From Candidatus Obscuribacteraceae bacterium (GTDB taxonomy: Bacteria > Cyanobacteriota > Vampirovibrionia > Obscuribacterales > Obscuribacteraceae), in the NCBI GenBank assembly GCA_044229845.1, contig JBGASG010000003.1, forward strand, positions 256,001 through 320,000: DNA of 64,000 nucleotides, read 5' to 3'. The notes beneath the pieces are model-generated. The model was not told the origin of the DNA. It was given only the letters and a program-made list of their open reading frames with translations, and did not search any database. Positions 47,042 to 56,419 of this stretch are shown here, piece after piece. The translations under genes were made by a program, and so were the position numbers. Each line of letters opens with the position of its first letter. Position 1 is the first letter of the stretch.

Positions 47042-50000
47042 ATGAAGTACAGTCGACCGACAAACCTCCTGCTCGCCGCGTCCATAATTCTGGAGACAGG
47101 TTGTCCGCTCCCCATCCTGGCTGCACCGGCATCCGCAGCCAAACCTCAGGCAGCATCAACCGCGGTATCATCGCCCGCGCAAGCGAGAACTTTATTTAAG
47201 AGGGGGCTTTATCAAGAATCTCGCGCCGGGTACCAGAAGCTGATACCGGTTCTCGAAAAGAGACAGGCTGGGCAGCCTGCTCTGGCAGATGCGCTGGATG
47301 GCTATGGCGAAGTCCTCACCGAACTCAACGACTTCGACGCCGCCGAAAAGGCCTACAAAGAATCGCTGACGATCCGCCGCGCCAAGCAACCGGGCAGCGC
47401 GGCGCTCGCCAACACACTCAGCCTTTATGGTCGTTTTCTGCTCTTCGGGAGGCTTAACTCCGCGCAGGCAGCCACAACCTGCAATGAAGCAATGGCGATC
47501 AGGCAGAAACTGACAGCCCAGCGCGATGTGGAAATAGCCAAATCGGAGTTTGATCTCGGCGAGATCAGCAACTTTCAAAATAACTTTGTCGATGCGCTCG
47601 GACACTACCGCAAATCTATTGAAGTCAAAGAAAGAGTGCTCGGGAAAGACGATGAGAGCCTGGTGGAAGCGTACTGGGGAATGTCTCAAATCCTCGATGC
47701 CTTGCATGACTACACCGGCGCACGAAGGGCTTCGGAGCGAGCGCTGGAAATCAGCATCAAGCGCAACGGTCTCGACCACCCGATGACGGCCAATGTACAG
47801 CTTGAACATGCCGCACAACTCATGGAGTTCGACGAGTACGAACAGGCAGAAAAGGACATTCTGGCAGTGATTGCCGAAAGGCGTAGAGTCTTCGGTGAAA
47901 CCGGCATTCCCCTGGCGTCGGCATACAACTATCTGAGCCGCCTTTATCTGGATAAAGGAGATCTTGCCGGCGCCGTCCAGTTGCGACGCAAGGCTATGGA
48001 CATTTACGAGAAGTACACCACCGCGACGGTACCGTGGGCGGTGATGGGGCTGCGTCCTTACGCGATGATCGTGCTCAAGCAAGCGAAGTTCGACGAAGCC
48101 GAGAAGCTCTCGCGCCGCACTGCTGAAATGGAAGAACAGGTTTTCGGCAAAGACAGCCCGGTGGCGCTGGTCAACTCCAAGCAGCTGATGCTCAGCCTCT
48201 ACCGCGAGAGCGGCCGGTATGGCGAAGCCGAGCCGCTGGCAGAAGAGATGATTGTCGCCGGCGGCTCGAACAACCAGGACAAAGGTATTGCCCTGGCTCA
48301 GGCTCTCTCGCAACTGGCCGAGATGCATATCGATCAGGAGCGACTGGAAAGCGCCGAGTCACTGGTCAAACGCGCCATGGAAGTGCAGACGAAAGAGCTC
48401 GGTCCCAATCATCCGGATGTCGCCTACAGCCTGGAAAATCTAGGTGATATCTATTATTCGCACCGCGACTTCGTCAAGTCAAAGGAGATGTACCAAAAGG
48501 CTGCCGGCATCGTCGCGTCCTACTTCGGTAAGCACTCCGACGGTTATGCGACCGCCCTGCTCTTCCTTGCCGATAACGAACTTGCCCAATCGAATTATGG
48601 TGCGGCAGAAAAACTGTACAAAGAAGCTCGCTCCATTTATCTGGACATCCTCGGTCCCAACGCACGCGACCTGGCTCTCGTCGATCAGAAGCTTGCCCAC
48701 ATGTATTTCGAAACGGGCAACTTCGAAGAAGCCAAAAGCAAGGCGCTCAGCGCGCTCAATATTCGTGAGCACATGTACGGTCTGGAGCATCCGGCAACAG
48801 CGACCGCCCTTTCCGAGCTTGCTTATGTCTCGCTATTGAAGAGCGATGCCGAGTACTGCGAGTCGCTCTACAAGCTCTCGTTATCCATTGACAGCCAGAT
48901 TTACGGCAAGGAGAATCCGGCCATAGCGGCAGCTCTGATACGCCTCGGCAACTTTTACGCCATGCAGGGTCAGTATGCCAAAGCGGAAGATGCACTGAAA
49001 TCCGCTGTCGCAATCCGCGACAAAGTGTTCGGTGAAAACAGCGTGCTCACCGCTGATGCACTTCTTGTGCTGGGCGAAAATTACACGCAAGCCAACAAGT
49101 TCGACGAGGCAGAAGAGGCAATCAAACGCGCGATTCAGATCAGTGAGCGTTTCGCCGGCGCCGACTCTCGCGTCACAGGTCTTGCCTATCGTCGGCTCGC
49201 CCAGGCATACGCCGAGAAGGGCTCTTTCTCAGATGCCGAAAAGAATTACAAGAAGGCGCTAGACATCTTTGAAAAACTGCCTGCCAGCAAGCACACCGAC
49301 ATAATCTGGGTTTTGAAGGATATGGCTCAGTCCTATCAAGATCGCAAACAATATGCAGAGGCAGAAGCGGCTTACAAGCGCGCCATTTCGCTTTATGAGG
49401 AATCACGCCAGAAAGGCGGCGGAGTCGGCACCACCTTTTTCCTGCCGATGGTGAGCGGGCTGGCGACCTTGTATACGCAAGAGAAAAAATACCCCGAAGC
49501 GACGGAGCTGTATAAGCACGCGCTCGAGATCAACGACAAGGCAAGCGCCGATGTCGACTTCAAAGCAGCCGTACTGAGCAAAATGGCCGGCGTCGCCCTG
49601 GAGAGCGGCAACATGGATCAGGCTGAGCAATTCCTCAGCCAGGAAAAGTCCGTAATCGAAAAACAGTTCGGTCCCAACACCTATAAACTAGGACGACCGA
49701 TGCGGTCACTGGCACTGCTCACTGCCAAACGCAACCAGCCCGAACTGGCGGAGACCATGCTCAAAGACGTTATTGAGCTGTATTCGAAGACGCTTGGACC
49801 GAATGATCCCAATCTCTCCGGAGCATACGACAACCTGGCGACACTCTATGTTTCGCGAAAAATGCTGCCTGAGGCGCGTGCGGCATTTGCGCGCTCGCTG
49901 CAGATCTCATTGAAGAACGTTGGCGAAAATGACATCTCAATCGCCGAAGACTTGCGCGATCTCGCCCTCACTTACAAGCTGGAGGGGATGTATGCCGATG

Positions 50001-50839
50001 CGGAGCCGCTGCTGCGCAAGTCGGCATCGATCATGATTGAAGCCCGCGGGAAAAATCATCCGGCGCTACCCGGCGTTCTCGATCAACTCGGCGAAATTTA
50101 CGCCCGCACAGGCGATAACAAGGCGGAGGAAACTCTGAAAACCGCGCTTGCGCTGCACAAGAACGACGAGGACGCGCTCTTCACCCTGGTCAACCTGGGC
50201 ATCGCGCTCAACGTCAACAAGAAGTTTTCCGACGCCGAGCCATATCTGCGTCGCGCCATTGCCAGCCAGAAGGATGAGATTCTTGCGCACTCAACCAGTC
50301 TCTATCTGGCTGATTCGTTGATCGGGCAAAGAAAATTAGGCGAAGCGGAAGACGTGCTGGACAAATCGCTGACCTACTTCCAGGGGCACAAAGAAGGTCC
50401 GACCACCGATCGACCAATGGCGCAAACCCTGGGACGCCTGGGCAGCATCTACCTTCTGGAGAAGCGTTTTGACGACGCACAAAAGGCTTACGCACGTGTC
50501 GTCGAACTGTATAGCACCACCAACGACCGCGTCGGCAAAGCCAACTACCAGAGCGCCCTCAATTCGCTCGCCATCAGCTACTTCATGCTCAAGAAATATC
50601 CGGAAGCCGAGAAGAACTTCAAGCAATCACTGGCGCTCGGCGAAGTGCTGTACGGCGCCGATAGCAAAGATCTGGTCGAGACGCTCGAGAGTTACATTCA
50701 ACTCTTGAAGAAACTGAATCGCAAGCACGAGATGGTACAACTGCAGGAACGACTGCAGAAAATTCAACATCCGCAAGAAGCTGCCAGAGAAGACGAGAAG
50801 AAATCGACCGATTCAGAATCGGATCAAGGCGTAAAGTAA
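47042..50839 (+). CDS. Large exported TPR-repeat protein (kinesin-light-chain-like repeats)
   Basis: Signal peptide, then many 'G..HP..A..L..LA..Y...G.Y..AE' repeats; no catalytic domain recognised. Confidence 0.9.
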   Translation: MKYSRPTNLLLAASIILETGCPLPILAAPASAAKPQAASTAVSSPAQARTLFKRGLYQESRAGYQKLIPVLEKRQAGQPALADALDGYGEVLTELNDFDAAEKAYKESLTIRRAKQPGSAALANTLSLYGRFLLFGRLNSAQAATTCNEAMAIRQKLTAQRDVEIAKSEFDLGEISNFQNNFVDALGHYRKSIEVKERVLGKDDESLVEAYWGMSQILDALHDYTGARRASERALEISIKRNGLDHPMTANVQLEHAAQLMEFDEYEQAEKDILAVIAERRRVFGETGIPLASAYNYLSRLYLDKGDLAGAVQLRRKAMDIYEKYTTATVPWAVMGLRPYAMIVLKQAKFDEAEKLSRRTAEMEEQVFGKDSPVALVNSKQLMLSLYRESGRYGEAEPLAEEMIVAGGSNNQDKGIALAQALSQLAEMHIDQERLESAESLVKRAMEVQTKELGPNHPDVAYSLENLGDIYYSHRDFVKSKEMYQKAAGIVASYFGKHSDGYATALLFLADNELAQSNYGAAEKLYKEARSIYLDILGPNARDLALVDQKLAHMYFETGNFEEAKSKALSALNIREHMYGLEHPATATALSELAYVSLLKSDAEYCESLYKLSLSIDSQIYGKENPAIAAALIRLGNFYAMQGQYAKAEDALKSAVAIRDKVFGENSVLTADALLVLGENYTQANKFDEAEEAIKRAIQISERFAGADSRVTGLAYRRLAQAYAEKGSFSDAEKNYKKALDIFEKLPASKHTDIIWVLKDMAQSYQDRKQYAEAEAAYKRAISLYEESRQKGGGVGTTFFLPMVSGLATLYTQEKKYPEATELYKHALEINDKASADVDFKAAVLSKMAGVALESGNMDQAEQFLSQEKSVIEKQFGPNTYKLGRPMRSLALLTAKRNQPELAETMLKDVIELYSKTLGPNDPNLSGAYDNLATLYVSRKMLPEARAAFARSLQISLKNVGENDISIAEDLRDLALTYKLEGMYADAEPLLRKSASIMIEARGKNHPALPGVLDQLGEIYARTGDNKAEETLKTALALHKNDEDALFTLVNLGIALNVNKKFSDAEPYLRRAIASQKDEILAHSTSLYLADSLIGQRKLGEAEDVLDKSLTYFQGHKEGPTTDRPMAQTLGRLGSIYLLEKRFDDAQKAYARVVELYSTTNDRVGKANYQSALNSLAISYFMLKKYPEAEKNFKQSLALGEVLYGADSKDLVETLESYIQLLKKLNRKHEMVQLQERLQKIQHPQEAAREDEKKSTDSESDQGVK

Positions 50840-51564
50840 GCCTGATTGGGCAGTTTGAAGCACTGGTCGGCATGCAGTCCATACAGATCCGACTCTTGAT
50901 CTCCCATGTTGCAGATGATGTGGTAACCCTGCCGTTCGATCTGCCTTCGATATTCAGTTTTGAAATCTTCCGGAAAGGACGGCTTCGGCTGGGAAACTTC
51001 CATGAATAGAGCCACGTACTTGACGCCCAGCTTCTGAATATTTTGCTCAGTACCGGCTCTCAGACAGGCGTTTCTTCCAGTGATAAAAAAGATTGGAAAC
51101 CCTTTTTCGTTGCACCACTTAGCAAAGTCCAGAACAGCGGGAATCGGTGGTGCCTTGGCTTCGGCAACATATTGAGCCCAATTGCGTTCGCCGTCGGCGG
51201 CTTGCGGTCCTTCCTTCCAATCGTCGGTGGCGGCGTCATAACTCTTGGACATGTATTGCTCGGAGCTGTCGAAGAGTGTTTCGTCCAGATCGAGCACGAC
51301 CGCGCAGTTGAGATCGCCGACGAACTTTTGGCAGTAGGACTTCGCCTCATCGACGACCTTCGCCACTTCTTGTTTGTAGGCGTCTGTCTTCATATACCTG
51401 ATGCCCGGTCCCAGCTTGTATTTCGGATCATTCGGGATGGTTATTTCATTGGCCGGTCGGGCTAAGGCTGCCATCTGGCACCAGAGGAAACAACCGCACA
51501 ACATCAAAAGCGCTCTGGTCATAGGCACATCCTTTCTAGCCATGAAAAGTCCATCCAAAGTCAT
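50824..51564 (-). CDS. Exported HAD-superfamily class B-like acid phosphatase
   Basis: VLDLDETL, FFITGR, FK, MGDQESDL, FKLPN. Confidence 0.88.
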   Translation of the reverse strand: MTLDGLFMARKDVPMTRALLMLCGCFLWCQMAALARPANEITIPNDPKYKLGPGIRYMKTDAYKQEVAKVVDEAKSYCQKFVGDLNCAVVLDLDETLFDSSEQYMSKSYDAATDDWKEGPQAADGERNWAQYVAEAKAPPIPAVLDFAKWCNEKGFPIFFITGRNACLRAGTEQNIQKLGVKYVALFMEVSQPKPSFPEDFKTEYRRQIERQGYHIICNMGDQESDLYGLHADQCFKLPNQAYFTP

Positions 51565-51567
51565 CGC

Positions 51568-52932
51568 TCATTTGGCAGCAGTTTCCTGCTGTCGGGTGCG
51601 TGTGAGGAGAAGGAACAAAGTCCCCGCTATCAGCAGCGAAGCGGACAAGAACAGTAACGCACCAGCGAAGCTCTGCGTCTTGGTTTTGACGAATGCAACA
51701 ATGGTGGGTCCGGCGAACCCTCCCAGGTTACCGATGGAATTGATCAAAGCAATGCTGGCGGCGGCCGCAGCACCACTGACGGTGGCGGTGGTGCGCGCCC
51801 AGAAAGGTCCTACCGTTCCCCAAATACCGAAAGCCGTCAGGCAAAGACATGCCAGGGCGGCCGCCGGATTAGCACTCAAAAGCGCGGTGCCGGCAAATCC
51901 GAGGGCGCCGAGTAGGGCGGCGCCGGCCATGTGATAGCGCCGGTCGCCTGTGCGGTCGGAACTGGTGCCGACGACCAATATCCCCAGTGCTTGCGAAGCG
52001 GCTGGAATCGCCGAAACCAGAGCCGTGGTGGTATCAGATAAATTGCCGAGACTCTTAATGATCTGGGGCAACCAGAGCTGAAAACCATACATTGCCACTG
52101 TCAGGCAAAAATAGCAAAGCGCAAATGACCAGACCAGCCAGTTGGTGAGCGCGTCCAGAGCATCCGGCCGCGGCTCGCCGGTTTCCGATTTGACTACTGC
52201 AGCCTTTTCAATCGCTTGCTTGTCGACCGCAATGACGTTCCCAAGAAGCTGCCGCTCATCTGGTGTCAGCCAGCCTGCCTTGAGAGGGTGATCGGCGAGC
52301 ACGAACCAGACCAGCACTCCGAGCAACACAGAAGGCAAACCCGTAATGATGAACAACCACTGCCAGCCAGCCAATCCAGCGACTTCCATGCCCAGAGCTT
52401 TCGATGCCACCAGTCCGCCGAGAACAGCGGCCGCGGGAATCGCGCTCATGAAGCCACTGACCGCTTTGCCATGCTGTTTCTTCGGAAACCAGTAAGTCAG
52501 ATACAGGATCACACCGGGGAAGAAACCAGCTTCAGCAACACCCAGAAAGAAACGCAGCCAGTAAAACTGCTCGGCAGTCCGCACGCTGTACATGGCGACC
52601 GAGACACAACCCCAGATCACCATAATGGTGGCAATCCACCGGCGAGCGCCAACCTTTTCCAGAATCAGGTTACTGGGCACACCAAAAACGCAATAACCAA
52701 GGAAGAATATACCGGTGCCCAGCCCGAACACCATGTCGTCGAACTTCAGCGCCGGTCCCATTTGCAGAACAGCAAGCGAAACATTGATCCTGTCCAGATA
52801 GGACATGATGTAGAGCACGAAGAGAAACGGTATAAGCCGCCAGGTGACCTTCTTCAAAATGCGAGTCAGCTCGGGGCTCTCTTGGGCCACCGGTGCCACC
52901 CCTTCGCCGGTCATTTCTGAAGTTTCAGACAT
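51568..52932 (-). CDS. MFS transporter, anion:cation symporter family
   Basis: RLIPFLFVLYIMSYLDRIN, VPSNLIL, GVAEAGFFPG, LINSIGNLGGF. Confidence 0.93.
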   Translation of the reverse strand: MSETSEMTGEGVAPVAQESPELTRILKKVTWRLIPFLFVLYIMSYLDRINVSLAVLQMGPALKFDDMVFGLGTGIFFLGYCVFGVPSNLILEKVGARRWIATIMVIWGCVSVAMYSVRTAEQFYWLRFFLGVAEAGFFPGVILYLTYWFPKKQHGKAVSGFMSAIPAAAVLGGLVASKALGMEVAGLAGWQWLFIITGLPSVLLGVLVWFVLADHPLKAGWLTPDERQLLGNVIAVDKQAIEKAAVVKSETGEPRPDALDALTNWLVWSFALCYFCLTVAMYGFQLWLPQIIKSLGNLSDTTTALVSAIPAASQALGILVVGTSSDRTGDRRYHMAGAALLGALGFAGTALLSANPAAALACLCLTAFGIWGTVGPFWARTTATVSGAAAAASIALINSIGNLGGFAGPTIVAFVKTKTQSFAGALLFLSASLLIAGTLFLLLTRTRQQETAAK

Positions 52933-53606
52933 TAAAAGCCAGAATCGCCCGTAGGCGTCTCTTTCGGCTTATTGAAAATCGAAAGTCCGGGACCCATGTT
53001 CTTTCGGTTGTTCTGCGGAGTAGGCGCAGCCGTGCCGGTTGGTTGCACGCCTTCACCGTGTTCGATGTAGGCACTGACGATCTGGTCGCCCGGGCGCATG
53101 TAATTGACAGTCTGCATACCGCCTATCACTTTGCCAAAAACGGCATACTTGCCGTTCAGCTGGGGCATGCCGCGCTTCAAAATGTAGAACTGGCAACTTG
53201 CCGAGTTGGGATTCGCGTTGCGAGCCATGGCCACCGCACCGGCGACATTTTGCAACCGCGGATGCGCTTCCAGCCGCAGCGTGCGCGGCTGTCCCGTATT
53301 GGGATCGAGCGCATAGCCTGTGCCGTTGCCGTTAGGGTCGCCGCCCTGGATGCACCAAGTCTCAATGCGGTGGAACGTCAGCCCGTTGTAGAAGCCGCCA
53401 TCTACCAGCTCGAGGAAGTTATTGGCGGTGTATGGCACCATGCTTTGAAAAACCACCATGGCAATGTTTCCTCGCGTGGTTTTCAGCACAACCACGGGAT
53501 CCTGCCTTTGCGCGGGCGCTGGACCGGCGCAGTAACCTACCGCCAAAACGGTTGCCACCAGAGCCAATGAAGCTTTGATCCACTTAGCTGACGACATGGT
53601 GATCAC
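52932..53606 (-). CDS. Exported cyclophilin-type peptidyl-prolyl isomerase
   Basis: GFYNGLTFHR, IQGGDP, GAVAMAR, SASCQFYI, YAVFGKV. Confidence 0.93.
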   Translation of the reverse strand: MITMSSAKWIKASLALVATVLAVGYCAGPAPAQRQDPVVVLKTTRGNIAMVVFQSMVPYTANNFLELVDGGFYNGLTFHRIETWCIQGGDPNGNGTGYALDPNTGQPRTLRLEAHPRLQNVAGAVAMARNANPNSASCQFYILKRGMPQLNGKYAVFGKVIGGMQTVNYMRPGDQIVSAYIEHGEGVQPTGTAAPTPQNNRKNMGPGLSIFNKPKETPTGDSGF

Positions 53607-53636
53607 TCCGAAAGGTCCTGAGCCTATTCTACCCTC

Positions 53637-53969
53637 CTACATGAGTTTCTCCAGATCTCGGATATCAAGTCCAACTTCGCCAAGCTGTCTTTGCTTGTCC
53701 CGCAGGGAATCGAGCTTCTTCTCCAGTTTTACGTAAAGCTCGCTGATGTCACGCCGGAGATTCAGGATGTCTTGCTTAAGACCATCCTCCTTTCTGAGCA
53801 ACCGCAGACGGCTGTCTCGCAGCGTCAGGTACCTATCGGCATCAACGCCCTGTCCAAATGAGTCGCTACCCGCCAACGCCAGTGAGAAGGCCAGCAAGAC
53901 GACGCCCGCCGCAAGTGATTTGAATCGGCAATGTTGATGGCTTTTGCTGGACATGATATTGCTCTCCAA
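53637..53969 (-). CDS. Small exported coiled-coil protein
   Basis: Signal-like hydrophobic stretch and a heptad-rich C-terminus; co-oriented with neighbours. Confidence 0.65.
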   Translation of the reverse strand: MESNIMSSKSHQHCRFKSLAAGVVLLAFSLALAGSDSFGQGVDADRYLTLRDSRLRLLRKEDGLKQDILNLRRDISELYVKLEKKLDSLRDKQRQLGEVGLDIRDLEKLM

Positions 53970-54028
53970 GAGAGAACGATATCGATCGAAACCGACAGAA
54001 TCCCGACAAGCTGCCTCGAATCCATAAT

Positions 54029-54700
54029 CTACGGTTCGAAGCGATAACCGAGCCCATGCACTGTTCGCACAATTGAAGCAGCACCTTCGTGGTCGACCTT
54101 CTTGCGCAAGCGCCTTATGCAGATCGACACAGCCTCTTCAGAGACTTCCGCTTCCGAGTTCCAGACTCGGTCGAGCAGAGCCTGCGCACTGAACACCAGA
54201 TTGGGGTTGCGCATGAAAAACGCCAGCAACGCGAACTCTTTCGGCAGCAGTTGCAGGTCGTCGTCCCCCCGAAATGCGGTATGTGCTCGCAGGTCGAGTC
54301 GCAGATCTCCAGCCACCAATTGATCCGTGCCGGCTGAAAGTGGACGGCGCAACAGAGCCTGAATGCGGACTGCCAGCTCGCGCATTTCAAAAGGTTTCGT
54401 CAGGTAATCATCGCATCCGGAGCGAAATCCGGTTTCCTTCTCATCGATTGAGTCTTTTCTGGTCAGCATGAGGACAGGCGTCAACCCGCCGGCTGACCGA
54501 TGTCGGTTGAGCACCTCTATACCTTCGATTTCGGGCAGTTGCCAATCAAGCACCAGCACCTCGTACTGGCTATGATTGAGCTTCTCCCAGCCTTGACTGC
54601 CAGTGCAAGCAATCTCCACTTCGTGGTGCTGAGCACGAAGAAAGTCGACCATCAGTCTCCCGAGCAGTGCATCATCTTCAACTATCAGAATCTTGGCCAT
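54029..54700 (-). CDS. OmpR-family response regulator
   Basis: ILIVEDD, LDWQLP, DDYLTKPF, RRLRKK, TVHGLGY. Confidence 0.96.
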   Translation of the reverse strand: MAKILIVEDDALLGRLMVDFLRAQHHEVEIACTGSQGWEKLNHSQYEVLVLDWQLPEIEGIEVLNRHRSAGGLTPVLMLTRKDSIDEKETGFRSGCDDYLTKPFEMRELAVRIQALLRRPLSAGTDQLVAGDLRLDLRAHTAFRGDDDLQLLPKEFALLAFFMRNPNLVFSAQALLDRVWNSEAEVSEEAVSICIRRLRKKVDHEGAASIVRTVHGLGYRFEP

Positions 54701-56250
54701 CAGCTCGCGATAGAAACTTGCCGCTCACCTGGAGACCTGTTTGCATTCATTCGTAACTGATTCCCGGCTCTCGGCAACACGATTGCATGTGAAGCCGGCA
54801 ATCGAAACCAGAAGGTACAACCGGACTTCGTGCCATTTTCCACCCCAATAGAACCGCCCGAGCGCTCGATTATGCTCTTGCAAATCGCAAGTCCCAACCC
54901 ACTATGGCTGGTCGGGCTGGTCGACCGGCGTTCGACCTGGCGAAACTTCTCGAATACAGTTTCTTTCATCGCATCTGGAATTCCAGGACCCTGGTCGGCT
55001 ACTCGCACTTCCACATGGTCTGCAGTCACACGCAGACTTTCGATGGTGATGATGCCCCTTTCGGGAGAAACCTCGATAGCATTGCCGACGATATTGACCA
55101 GCACCTGCGTGGCACGCGCCTTATCCACGAATACGCGCGCGTCGCCGACATAGACATCAAAGCGCAGCTGTTTGGCTTTCGTCAACGCATTCAGGGAATT
55201 CATGCAATCTATGACTATGTCAGAAACAGCGACATCTATCGGATTGTACTCCACGACCCCGGACTCAAGCCGTTCTACATCAAGTAAGTCGTTAATTAAA
55301 GAGATCAACCGCAGCACGTTGTTCCGCGATTGACTCAAGATCTCCTTCCCGTCAGGCGAGAGCGCCCCATAGGTTTCGTCCTTCAGCATGCTGACCACAG
55401 CCAGCAACGAAGTAAGCGGTGAACGCAAATCGTGACTGACCATGTTGATCAGGTCGCGTTTCAACTGATCCGTTTCTGCCTTTTTCGCGGCCATGTCATG
55501 GAACGTTGCATCGAGGTGGGCGATTTCATCGACCCCACCGACAGGCGCATGGAGCGCTCGATTTGCAGACAGCAAGTGCGTGTTGTCCATCAAAATTTTC
55601 AGCCGGGCAGAAATTCCAGTATGAAAGTAGAACGCCACCACAATCGCCAGCAAAATGTTGAATGGAACCGCCACCCAGAGGAGCGCCGCGACTGACTCAC
55701 GATAGCCTCGCTGCCGCTTCTGGCTTTCATCCTGAATGTTTCGCTGGCGGTCATTGAGGTCGTGCAGTTCGACAACAATGTCATCCATGCACTGCCGTCC
55801 TTCCTTCACGGCTCGCTGGTAACCGAGCGAACGGGTCATGATGTCGGCGTCAGGATCTATGAATACCGTCGCAAAGGATCTGGCACAATCCCGCACGCGT
55901 TGACGCAGCGAGATTATGCGTTGAGCCTCACGTTGGTCATCGCAATTGGAGGCGATAGTGCTCATATCCTCTGATACGGCTGCGATTGGATTGTGCGTGT
56001 AGGGAGACAAAGATTCAGGAACCTGCTTACCGCTATAGCGCAGGCAGGCAACATAGAAATGCAGAATTAGTTTGTTGGAAGCAACACTGAGATTTCGCGC
56101 ACGCGTTTCGCGAGCCACCTCGATTTCCGTTCGCTTTTGCAGGTCCAGCAACACCGCCACGAACAGCAGTTCGAAAACAAGCGGAACGGCAATCAAAAGC
56201 AGTGCTTTATGCCAGAGAGTCAGTCGTCTGAGCATGGTCTGATACCACAC
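54700..56250 (-). CDS. Membrane sensor histidine kinase (2 TM, HAMP, HisKA, HATPase)
   Basis: VSHDLRSPL, NIVGNA, DQGPGI, GLGLAI. Confidence 0.95.
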   Translation of the reverse strand: MWYQTMLRRLTLWHKALLLIAVPLVFELLFVAVLLDLQKRTEIEVARETRARNLSVASNKLILHFYVACLRYSGKQVPESLSPYTHNPIAAVSEDMSTIASNCDDQREAQRIISLRQRVRDCARSFATVFIDPDADIMTRSLGYQRAVKEGRQCMDDIVVELHDLNDRQRNIQDESQKRQRGYRESVAALLWVAVPFNILLAIVVAFYFHTGISARLKILMDNTHLLSANRALHAPVGGVDEIAHLDATFHDMAAKKAETDQLKRDLINMVSHDLRSPLTSLLAVVSMLKDETYGALSPDGKEILSQSRNNVLRLISLINDLLDVERLESGVVEYNPIDVAVSDIVIDCMNSLNALTKAKQLRFDVYVGDARVFVDKARATQVLVNIVGNAIEVSPERGIITIESLRVTADHVEVRVADQGPGIPDAMKETVFEKFRQVERRSTSPTSHSGLGLAICKSIIERSGGSIGVENGTKSGCTFWFRLPASHAIVLPRAGNQLRMNANRSPGERQVSIAS

Positions 56251-56419
56251 TTAGTGTTTGTTAGCACAATCCAGGGGAACACGACGGCGATCAGCCGTCT
56301 TCACACCAACACTAATTGCCGGACAATCGGTTGTCTATGTGAAAAATACGGCACACCATAGCTGCTGAGATGCGCTGCCCGTGTCAGTTTTGTGAAATGC
56401 AAGCCACTGCCGCTTTGGG

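Noticed and set aside
47042..50839. CHAT/caspase-type defence or signalling protein
   Set aside because: TPRs continue to the C-terminus; no His-Cys CHAT domain or NTPase visible.
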